Of a DNA stretch of 64,000 bases, positions 18,661 through 27,135 are shown piece after piece. The stretch is from Candidatus Obscuribacteraceae bacterium (GTDB lineage: Bacteria; Cyanobacteriota; Vampirovibrionia; Obscuribacterales; Obscuribacteraceae), in the NCBI GenBank assembly GCA_044229845.1, contig JBGASG010000003.1, positions 224,001 through 288,000 of the forward strand. The letters run 5' to 3'. How positions within the stretch are numbered: the first letter of the stretch is position 1; every line of letters starts with the position of its first letter. Made by a program: the position numbers and the translations under genes. A model generated the notes under the pieces. It saw nothing but the letters and a program-made list of their open reading frames with translations, ran no database searches and was not told the origin of the DNA.

Positions 18661-21336
18661 TCACTTTTTATCTTTATATGGCCGGTAGGCTCGAGCCAGC
18701 AACTTCATATCGACACTGTCCCTGTCGATGTCCGGAAAGTCCGGCGCCCGCATGTTGAAGACCCCGGCTACGCTGGAGACCTTGTACCAGAAGAAGGTGC
18801 GGTCCTCCTGTCCGATGATGCGATCCATATTCAGCTTTTCCTCGTCGGCAATCAGGTCATAGTTCGATATGGCTGTGTTGACGGCGTTGAAGATGTGCTG
18901 AATCGTGCGCTGCTTCGCCTGGCGACCGTCAACCCGGAAAATTTGCTTGCCTAGCGCTTCGGCGTCTTTCGGGGCGCAGGCGAAGGCGGCCATGTTGCCG
19001 ACGTTGTTGACCACGTAGTTGCGGTAGTCTTCGGGAATCTCTTGCAAACTGCGTGTCGAACAAATCAGACCCAACCCATAACGGCGGGTGTCGTTGCCGA
19101 CCAGCTGAAACATGTCTTTGTCGATGAAGGACGAAAAGTCATCGAGATAAAGCGAAGCTGGATATCGGCAGGCATCGTCTTCATGAGATAGAGACAGGGC
19201 TGCGTTTTGCACGCAACCGACAACCAATGCACCAACCAGCGAGGCATGATCGCCGAAGCGCGCCCGGGGCAACTTGACGATCACGATGCCTTGATTCTCC
19301 AGCACCGAACGAAAGTCGACGTCGTGTTTGCCACTGGATATGATGGCATTCAGTTTGGGATCGCCGAGGACGGGTTGCAACCGGTTGAGAATCGGCTCCA
19401 CCCAGTCCAGCCACTGTTCGCTGCGGGCCAACTTGCGGTAACGGCTCCAGGACTCGGAGATCATCAGCAGTTCTGCGCACTCGTCTTTGCGAGCCTCGAC
19501 AGTCTGCAACAACAGATCTCGTTCGTCGTTGTCTGTCAGCAGTGTCGGCAGATCACCGAGACTGCGACCGTTCACCGCCAGCAGCAGCAACGCACTGCGC
19601 AAGATGTGCGCCGTCTGCTGCGTCCAGGTCTGCTGTTGTCCTGGTGCAGGCGTGTATATGGCACGAAAACCTGCCACTACAGATGATGCCATATTCTGCA
19701 ACTGGCCGTCGTTCGGCTCGCGAATCGGGTTGAAGGACAGCGGCAAATCGCGCGTACCATCGATGATTCGCAAGCGTTTGGTCAGCTGGGATGCATCCTG
19801 GTGGCAGGCGATATGGCGCACCACCAGATCGGACAGCGCGCCGTCTGGATCGACGATGATCACTGCTCTGTCACCACATTCGATATCATGCACGGCCATG
19901 CCGGCCAGCAAGCGCGTCTTGCCCTTGCCGCTGCCACCGACCGCCAGGATATGAGGATTAGTGATGCGCAAATCGGCCGGCAAGTTGAGCCGGCGGGGAG
20001 CAAGGTGCCAGGGCGCCCAGTCGATGCGCGTCCCCAGCGGCAGCGAACCGGCAGTCAGCCCTCGTCCATACTGCGAAAGCCATTTGTTTTGATCGCCCTT
20101 GTGACGAGTCGGCACATACTGCTTGCGACTCTTTATATTGATATAGCCGTTCGGTCCGAATATTTTCACCGAGGCGCCGATCAGCCCGAAGCTGAGCAGC
20201 AAAAAGCCGAGCAGCGACTTCAAGAACAGATCGCGCAACCAGTCGCCCGAGGGAGGATGCACCAGCAAGTAGAAGAAGTCGCGACGATTCGCTTCCCAGG
20301 TGCCGCGACCGCCGGACATGATCCAGCCGCTCAGGCGTCCCTCGCTCAAGTGTCCCTGTCCATCAAATCGCAGTCCGCGCTGTCCAGGAACCAGCGATCG
20401 TTGACCGAGCGAGACACTGCCATTATCGAGGGCAATGCCGGACAGTCCATCACCGCCCGCCGACAGGGGTGTGCCGGTCAGTCCGGTGCCGCGCCGCTGC
20501 AGGTGCACGAAGAAACTGCGCGTCTTGACGCCCAGCGTCGTATACTGGACCTGCCAGATGCCTTCATCACTGTAACCGCTCAGTAGCGGCGTCTGCGTGG
20601 CTGCTATCAGCATGACGGCGGCCAGGACGGCGGCGCCGAAGACATAGAGCTGACGGGCCGAGGGTACTCCGGCTGACGCAAATTTAGCGCTCTGTCGACG
20701 CTTGCGCGCAGCTTTTGTGGGCTCAGGCAGGACGACTGCCGGCTCTTGCTCTGCAGATCTCGTGAGTCTTGCTACCACCTGTGGTGAGTCGGCGGCGGTC
20801 GATTTTGCCACCGCCTTTGCCACTATCGGCGGCGGCGGGTCCGGTTGTTGTTTCGCCACTGCTGGCGGTACCACTGCCGGTGGCGGCGCGGGCGACGGCG
20901 CGGTCTGTTCTGCCACCGCCGGCGGAGCCGGTACGGAGCGCAGGGCCGGTATCATGTTGACAGCGTTGGCGAAAAAGTCGGCAGCCTGCTCGCTGGCTGG
21001 CTTTTCTTCCATGAAAGTGAGTGATTGGATCGGCACGTCCGGTGCCGGTTGCGGCTGAGATTGAGCCCCCGCCACTGAAGCTGCCGGTGCCGTATGAGGC
21101 AGGGGCGACTCAGTCGGGTCGGGGAGCGAAAACGGCTGAGCCTGGACCGCTACCGGAGACACAACGGCGACCGGCGCGGACGGTCGACTCTCGCCGGCTT
21201 TCAGTGGTTGAAGATTGATGTTCGCTCGCGACGATCTGGTCGCAGAAATTGAGGAGACTTTCAGTCCGCATTCGCTGCAGAACTTGTCCTTTTCTCGAAT
21301 TACATTGCCGCAATGGTGGCAAAAAAGGAGGTCCAC
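18661..21336 (-). CDS. VirD4/TraD-like membrane ATPase paralog B, 891 aa
   Basis: GTG start with GAGG SD, N-terminal CHHC..CSEC and two TM segments. ATPase motifs: HILAVGGSGKGKT, IVDPDGAL, SFNPI, EPILNRL, LYLDDF. It is colinear with paralog A through the C-terminus. Confidence 0.82.
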   Translation of the reverse strand: MDLLFCHHCGNVIREKDKFCSECGLKVSSISATRSSRANINLQPLKAGESRPSAPVAVVSPVAVQAQPFSLPDPTESPLPHTAPAASVAGAQSQPQPAPDVPIQSLTFMEEKPASEQAADFFANAVNMIPALRSVPAPPAVAEQTAPSPAPPPAVVPPAVAKQQPDPPPPIVAKAVAKSTAADSPQVVARLTRSAEQEPAVVLPEPTKAARKRRQSAKFASAGVPSARQLYVFGAAVLAAVMLIAATQTPLLSGYSDEGIWQVQYTTLGVKTRSFFVHLQRRGTGLTGTPLSAGGDGLSGIALDNGSVSLGQRSLVPGQRGLRFDGQGHLSEGRLSGWIMSGGRGTWEANRRDFFYLLVHPPSGDWLRDLFLKSLLGFLLLSFGLIGASVKIFGPNGYINIKSRKQYVPTRHKGDQNKWLSQYGRGLTAGSLPLGTRIDWAPWHLAPRRLNLPADLRITNPHILAVGGSGKGKTRLLAGMAVHDIECGDRAVIIVDPDGALSDLVVRHIACHQDASQLTKRLRIIDGTRDLPLSFNPIREPNDGQLQNMASSVVAGFRAIYTPAPGQQQTWTQQTAHILRSALLLLAVNGRSLGDLPTLLTDNDERDLLLQTVEARKDECAELLMISESWSRYRKLARSEQWLDWVEPILNRLQPVLGDPKLNAIISSGKHDVDFRSVLENQGIVIVKLPRARFGDHASLVGALVVGCVQNAALSLSHEDDACRYPASLYLDDFSSFIDKDMFQLVGNDTRRYGLGLICSTRSLQEIPEDYRNYVVNNVGNMAAFACAPKDAEALGKQIFRVDGRQAKQRTIQHIFNAVNTAISNYDLIADEEKLNMDRIIGQEDRTFFWYKVSSVAGVFNMRAPDFPDIDRDSVDMKLLARAYRPYKDKK

Positions 21337-21827
21337 GTGTGCCTCGGTTGTTTAAAAACGCCCCTCATAAAACGATGGTTTTGGATGGTCCGGAGTCTTC
21401 CCCAGGGAGCTTCTCTGACGAGAAGCTGATAAACGCACCCCCGATTGAGTGAGGATGCGGCTTGACGACTTTCTTCCGGTTGCTTCGTGTGAAGGCTCTT
21501 CTTGGTACTAACGATGTTAAGTTAATTTGCCCTAATGGACAGCAGCATGGTACATTCGCCCTTGCCCCTTGTCAAGATGAGCAGCGACTCCGAGGAAAGG
21601 GTTACCAGCTATATACTGTGATGGGTGCAGGGGCGCCGCTTGCGTGGTCCAAATGGCGACCACTCAAAAGTTATCAGGCCGGTTAGTTTCACCTGTGTAG
21701 TGGAACAGATAGATACAGGAAGAAGGCAAAAGGCAGGCTCACTCTCGTTACAAGCTTGCCAGACTCCGCCTCGAAGGCGGGGTCAAACAGCAGGGTCCTA
21801 GCAGGGAATTCAGGAAGGAAAAACCGC

Positions 21828-23888
21828 ATGCCGCGGGAGGACAAAGGCACAAGCTCGGCAAGTCCGCTGAAAGATGCTTCTGGTGGAAACGACAACAACA
21901 CGTCGTCACTGGCCGCACGGCGGGCTCGTTTGCGTGGCACGCTGGCACGCGCGACCAGTGCCCAGGATGAGACTTACGAACAAATGCCCGCCCCCACATT
22001 CGGTTCAGAAGGCATGATGAGCGGCGTTGATGAAGCAGCCTCGGCTCCCGAAGCCGCAGTCGGTGCAGCCGACACACCAGATGTATCCGAAGGCGGACTC
22101 GATCAGCCCGGCGGCGGCGGCAGTCAGCCGGCTGCCAACGAAGAGAACGGAGCGTCCAGCATGCCCGCACAAGACCCGCCTCACCAAGACCCCGCACCTG
22201 TCGCACCGTCCAGCGCAGCCGACCCATCCCCATTTTCACAAGATTCCTCACCCTGGGGCGAAGACCCGAATCCATCGCCGGCGCCCAATTTGCTGGCAGC
22301 TTTTATTCCGGCACCGGTGTCATCGCCGCAAGCCTCCTTCACCGCACCACCGCAGTTGCAGCCGCTGGCCGAGGTGCCGCCTCACGCCATCGAACTGTTG
22401 CAGAGCATCGACCAGGCTATGAATGCCTGCGCCACCAACCTGGCCACGTTGCAACGGCTATCCGGCGAACAGACCGATGTGCTCAAGAACTTGACGAACA
22501 CGTTGCAGAATCAGACTCTTTCGCAGATTGGACTCAATCTCAACAGTCTCACCGACTCATTATCTGCTGCTCTCGAGCCGATGAAGGCAATCGGAGAACT
22601 GGTGCCGGCGATGGATCAGTTGGTGACCACGCTGGAAGGCAAGGAAGCTTATCCCCAGCAAGAGAAGATGTCGCAGGACCAGTTGGTGACGAGCCTCGCT
22701 GACCAGCTGTCTGCCGGACTTATAGATCCCTGGACTTTCAGATGCGCCTACATGGCAGTTTATCCGACTGATCACCCGGCTGATTTGCTGCACAGACTGG
22801 TCGAATTGCTCGGCACTCAGAGACTTTCCGGAGATCTCTTCCGGGCAGCGTACGAAGCAGTGCAAGCCGCGGAGCCGCCGGCCGGCGGCGGATCATTTAT
22901 TCCGCCCACTAGAAACCTCGACCCGGCGCAGATAGACGAAACGATCAAAAAGCAACTCGACCAGCTGCAAAAGTCTAACGACGAAATGCGCAAGCGTCAG
23001 GAAGAACGCGAAGCCGAACTGCAGCGGGTGCTGGAAACCAAAGACCGGGAACTGGCCGAACTGCAAGAGAAGATGCAGAAAATTCCCGAGGCAGATCCCG
23101 GCAAAGAAGACGAATATCAGTCTTTGCTCGAAAGCAAGGACATGGAGTTGGTCGAGAAAGAGTCGGAAAACAATATGCTGCGCGCGCAAATGGAAGAGTT
23201 GCGCTCGCAAACAGAAGAGATGGTCAAAGACATGCAGAAGCAGATCTCTGACCTGAAAGTTGCCCACGAAGAATCGGTCGCCAATCAGCCACCAAAGCCG
23301 GTATCAAGCTTCTTCGACAATGCGCCGTCACCGGCTCGGTCCCTTTTCGACAGCGGACCGCAAAAGAGTCTCTTCGATCAACAACAACAGCAGCAGCAGC
23401 AAGCCAATATGGCCACCACGCAGCCGACCCCCGCACCGGCACCGACACCGATGCCGTTGCAGCAAATGGCAGCTGCGCAGATGACACCGCAGCCGCTGGC
23501 ACCGCAAAATCAGCAAATTTCCCAGAGTATGCAAGCGATGGCCCCGCCGGCGCCCAGCGTGTCAGGCGGCATGGCTCCCCCCGTCAATGGCGGCGGAGCT
23601 CCACCCACCGCATCGCCCGTAGTACCACCGTCGGCGCCGGCGCCACCGCCAGCGCCACCAGCACCGCCAACCCGACCTGCGGCCCAGACGGCTACCACTC
23701 CCTTCAGTCAGGGACAGGGCAGCTACGGGAGCGGCGTTCGCGCACAGGTCTTCGAAGTGATTGTTCGCCAAGCTCTCGCTGGAGCGCCCTGGCGCGAAAT
23801 CTGCGCCGGACCGATGCAGGTCAACAACATCACCCCAGATGAAGTGGAAGCAGAAGTCAAACGCCGCCAGGCATTGCTCAACAAGTAG
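21828..23888 (+). CDS. Hypothetical Pro/Gln-rich coiled-coil protein
   Basis: Long ORF divergent from the ATPase locus. ATG at 21828 follows AGGAAGGA (track start 21756). It has heptad-rich E/K/Q segments, polyQ and a short folded-looking C-terminus. Confidence 0.8.
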   Translation: MPREDKGTSSASPLKDASGGNDNNTSSLAARRARLRGTLARATSAQDETYEQMPAPTFGSEGMMSGVDEAASAPEAAVGAADTPDVSEGGLDQPGGGGSQPAANEENGASSMPAQDPPHQDPAPVAPSSAADPSPFSQDSSPWGEDPNPSPAPNLLAAFIPAPVSSPQASFTAPPQLQPLAEVPPHAIELLQSIDQAMNACATNLATLQRLSGEQTDVLKNLTNTLQNQTLSQIGLNLNSLTDSLSAALEPMKAIGELVPAMDQLVTTLEGKEAYPQQEKMSQDQLVTSLADQLSAGLIDPWTFRCAYMAVYPTDHPADLLHRLVELLGTQRLSGDLFRAAYEAVQAAEPPAGGGSFIPPTRNLDPAQIDETIKKQLDQLQKSNDEMRKRQEEREAELQRVLETKDRELAELQEKMQKIPEADPGKEDEYQSLLESKDMELVEKESENNMLRAQMEELRSQTEEMVKDMQKQISDLKVAHEESVANQPPKPVSSFFDNAPSPARSLFDSGPQKSLFDQQQQQQQQANMATTQPTPAPAPTPMPLQQMAAAQMTPQPLAPQNQQISQSMQAMAPPAPSVSGGMAPPVNGGGAPPTASPVVPPSAPAPPPAPPAPPTRPAAQTATTPFSQGQGSYGSGVRAQVFEVIVRQALAGAPWREICAGPMQVNNITPDEVEAEVKRRQALLNK

Positions 23889-23935
23889 CAAGTCGCTTGA
23901 GTAACCGCGCCAGCACCGCTCGAGTCAGGAGGCGA

Positions 23936-26566
23936 TTACTTGTCGTTGCCGTTCAGGTCTGATTCACGCAGTCGGCGATAGGCACCGCTGGTGTTCTGAT
24001 CGCGCTTCACGAATCCGAGCGCCACCAGCTCGCTCAACGTCCGCAAGAGCAAATAGCGGTCGGCATAAATAGAATCCGACATGGCTTCGTTGCTGACACC
24101 GTCTTCCAGCAGCATCCAGACATCCACTGCCAGATCGCAAGTCTCCTCACTGAGCTTAGAGGTATCGAGCACTCGTACTTTCTTTTCATAGCCGGTGCGC
24201 GGCCAACCGATCGACTCGATCAACCTTGGCAGTTCATCGGCTCTGCGTGCGGCTTCCAGAAGCAGCCCGTGAGCTGGCATGACACTGATCGTCGGATCGT
24301 TTTGCTCTTTAGAGACATCCTGCGGATCAAAGCGGAAGTTATATGGATCGTTGCGAGCCGCCAACTCGTAGAAGGCATGCAATCCTTTCAGGTGTTTGAA
24401 CCGCACGTTCAAAAGATTGTGCCCTTTCACCGCCAGGCGCGCCACTTCTTCGCCCTTGTTATCAGTCAGACTGAGCACGCCGTCACGACCGGCTACCGTG
24501 ATTGTTTGCAGGACGGTCGGCAGGTCAAAGTAAGCGAGGTTGCCCTGCAAACTGTTTGGCTGCGCCGGCTTGTCATCACTCAACCGCTTCTCAATCAAGT
24601 CCTGGACTCGATTGTGGAACTCGTCGTTCTTGTTGAGCATGTCCTGGAACATCTCGCCGGTGATCTTGAGCAGCTTTGTCGATTGCGGCACGCGCACGGT
24701 GGCAATCCGGTTGCAACCACGGGCGATGGCAATTTCCCCGAACAGCTCTCCAGAAGCCAGGTAGGCAAGCACTTTACCGCCCTGCACCACTTCTACACTG
24801 CCTTCGTAAACCAGGTAGCAATCACCAGGCGGATCACCTTCGCTGACTATGACTTCGCCGTTCTTATAGATTTCTTCAGTGACTTGCTTCGATAGTCTGT
24901 CCAGTTGCTTTTCGCCAAGAACGCGAAAGATAGGGCTGTCCAGGAAGAAATGCAGGCGGTTCTCCAGCTCGCGCTCATAGTTTTCTTTGATCTGTTTGGC
25001 TTGCTCGGCAAAGCGATGGGACATCTCGAGATTGCCCAGGGCTTCCTGCAATCGAGCCAAGTGCTCGAGCGTAGTGCCGACCAGGGCACTGCGATCGCCA
25101 AGCATTTGCGAACGAATTTGCAGAGATTGGTAATAGAGAGGCTCGCTCTCGATCAGGCGCTTCTGTACATAGTACAAGTTAGCCATGCGGAACAGGCAGT
25201 CGGCCAGTTCCAGATCCTTTTGACCGGTCGATTGTTTGAGAATAAACAGTCCGCGCTTGTAGAGGCCTTCGGCGGCAGCAAAGGCCCGCCGGCGCACGTA
25301 CAGATCGGCCAGTTGCATGTTCAACTGCGCAACGCCCGAGTGGTGGATGCCCAGCGCTCGCTCAGCGGCCATCAGCTCAGCTGATGTGGTCAAAACATCT
25401 TTGAGATCTTCCATCGCCATGGTCGGCTCTTCCCAACCTAGAAGACGCAGAGCGCTTTCCAGAGTGTGGTTTTCCTCTGCCACCATGCGCAGTGCCTTGC
25501 TGCCCAATTGAGCCGGCACCAGCGATTCCTCGATCAGTATCTGCACCTCCAAGACGGCTTTCAGCACCGCCTCGGTGATCAACGAAAGTTGAATAAGCTC
25601 GTGCCCGATCGGTGTGCTGTTTTTCTGCTGAGTCTTGAGTGCATGATCCAGCGAGCTCGCATCCAGAAGTCCGGCTTCGGTCAAAAGTTCTCCGACTCGC
25701 TTGCGCTCTCCTTTCTTGCCCTTGCGAGACCAAAAGGTTGACAGTTGACGGAGAAAGGCGGTCGTCTCCGGATTTTCTATGCCCAGCACCCGCTCATGTA
25801 CACGCAAAGACGAGGTGTAGAGCTGCTCAGCTTCGGCTAGATTGCCTTCGGCTTCGAAAACGCTGCCTAGCATGCGCAAGCAACGAGCCGTATTGATGTG
25901 CTCAGGTCCCAGACCCTCTTGCAAGATCTGCAAAGCCCTCCAGCCATACGTGCGGGCGTCCTCAAAGTTACGCTCGTTGACGGCAATTTGAGCCAGTTTG
26001 ATCAACGCGATTGCCGTTTTGGAATGACGCGGTCCGAAGAAATGCTCAAAAAGCCCCAGAGCGCGCTGATAGACGCCGCGAGCCTTGGCAAATTGCTCAG
26101 ATGACGTATAGGCGTCTCCCAGGTCCAGGAGCGGTCCGATCAACTCTCGGCTGTCGGCGGCATATTTCGTCTCGGCGACTTTAAACCCTTGCTCGGCCAC
26201 GAAAATCGCATCTGACTTGTCGTCTTGCTGCCTGACCTCCTGCAGGTAGGCGCGCGTAGCCGTAACAGCATCATGTAAAGTCATATTGTGGCGGCGTGCA
26301 AGCTTCAGAGCTTTTATACAAATGTCGGCACTGATTTCGCCGGCATTGACCATGTCCTGAGCCTCAAGAGCCAGCTCTAGGTCCTCGTTGGAGACCAAAT
26401 CCATGACAACGAGAGACTGCCCGACGAGCATGGAGTGCTCCTTCGAGTGTTTTAATGCGGCTTCCAACTTGTCGGCAGCCACGATCTCAGCTTTTACCAG
26501 TAGGTCGCCGATTAAAAGCCGCGAAGTGGGCTTCTCGGTGACGTACATGGACCGTTCTTTATCCAC
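23936..26566 (-). CDS. Multidomain signalling protein: (MshEN-like + TPR) x2, cyclic-nucleotide-binding domain, DUF4388-like C-terminus
   Basis: RLLIGDLLVKAEIV..LEAAL and KRVGELLTEAGLL..LDHALKTQ, plus kinesin-light-chain-type TPRs (LGPEHINTA). cNMP motif is GELFGEIAI..RIATVR and the DUF4388-like start is LQGNLAYFDLPTVLQ. An alternative start is ATG at 26548. Confidence 0.8.
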   Translation of the reverse strand: MDKERSMYVTEKPTSRLLIGDLLVKAEIVAADKLEAALKHSKEHSMLVGQSLVVMDLVSNEDLELALEAQDMVNAGEISADICIKALKLARRHNMTLHDAVTATRAYLQEVRQQDDKSDAIFVAEQGFKVAETKYAADSRELIGPLLDLGDAYTSSEQFAKARGVYQRALGLFEHFFGPRHSKTAIALIKLAQIAVNERNFEDARTYGWRALQILQEGLGPEHINTARCLRMLGSVFEAEGNLAEAEQLYTSSLRVHERVLGIENPETTAFLRQLSTFWSRKGKKGERKRVGELLTEAGLLDASSLDHALKTQQKNSTPIGHELIQLSLITEAVLKAVLEVQILIEESLVPAQLGSKALRMVAEENHTLESALRLLGWEEPTMAMEDLKDVLTTSAELMAAERALGIHHSGVAQLNMQLADLYVRRRAFAAAEGLYKRGLFILKQSTGQKDLELADCLFRMANLYYVQKRLIESEPLYYQSLQIRSQMLGDRSALVGTTLEHLARLQEALGNLEMSHRFAEQAKQIKENYERELENRLHFFLDSPIFRVLGEKQLDRLSKQVTEEIYKNGEVIVSEGDPPGDCYLVYEGSVEVVQGGKVLAYLASGELFGEIAIARGCNRIATVRVPQSTKLLKITGEMFQDMLNKNDEFHNRVQDLIEKRLSDDKPAQPNSLQGNLAYFDLPTVLQTITVAGRDGVLSLTDNKGEEVARLAVKGHNLLNVRFKHLKGLHAFYELAARNDPYNFRFDPQDVSKEQNDPTISVMPAHGLLLEAARRADELPRLIESIGWPRTGYEKKVRVLDTSKLSEETCDLAVDVWMLLEDGVSNEAMSDSIYADRYLLLRTLSELVALGFVKRDQNTSGAYRRLRESDLNGNDK

Positions 26567-26724
26567 CCTTGATTACTCAGCATTTCTGCCGCTACAGTCT
26601 CATTATGCCCCGTCGGGCGGGGTAATTCCCCTCTGAAACGCTTTTCCGGCGCCAATACGTGCCTTCTCAGCGATAAATCTTCAAAATCGGACACTGGCAT
26701 CGCCTTTGCACCACAGGCAGTGGC

Positions 26725-26755
26725 AAAAAAAGCGCACCGGGGAAACCGGTGCGCT
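26725..26755 (-). terminator. Rho-independent terminator
   Basis: 10-bp stem agcgcaccgg/ccggtgcgct followed by a T run on the minus strand, just downstream of the 98-aa gene. Confidence 0.8.
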
Positions 26756-26779
26756 CAAAGGTCTACCGTACGACGACAG

Positions 26780-27076
26780 TTATTTGGCGGGAGCTGCGGT
26801 GGTGGTGGCAGGCGCTGCTGGCGCCCCCCCAACACCGGCTTTGGCGCCGAGGTTGTCGTAAGTCTTCCACTGGCTATAGATGATCTGCAGGTTTTCCTGG
26901 TACTTAGCCAAGATAGCAATCGGCAGGTCAACAAACATCTCGTGCATCATGTAGAACATGACGCAGAGGTTGGCGACACAGGTAACTACTACCAGAGTAC
27001 GGGTGAAGCGGCTCTCTTTCTCAATTTTGGTGGCAAGTGCTGCCACGCGATCCGGGCTTGCGGTGTCGTCTACCAT
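26780..27076 (-). CDS. Small single-pass membrane hypothetical protein
   Basis: 98 aa with one hydrophobic stretch, a GAGG SD upstream and a terminator downstream. Confidence 0.7.
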   Translation of the reverse strand: MVDDTASPDRVAALATKIEKESRFTRTLVVVTCVANLCVMFYMMHEMFVDLPIAILAKYQENLQIIYSQWKTYDNLGAKAGVGGAPAAPATTTAAPAK

Positions 27077-27135
27077 AATTCCTCTTTCCTTGACCTAAAG
27101 CGCATTCAAAGCAGATACCCAAAATAACGCCCGCA

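Noticed and set aside
10896..21336. Conjugative element (ICE) or HerA anti-phage system
   Set aside because: No relaxase, integrase, VirB-like genes, att repeats or nuclease/Sir2 partner is recognisable in the window.
23378..23402. CAA/CAG run as a phase-variable repeat
   Set aside because: It is an in-frame mixed-codon polyQ tract, and triplet slippage would not shift the frame.
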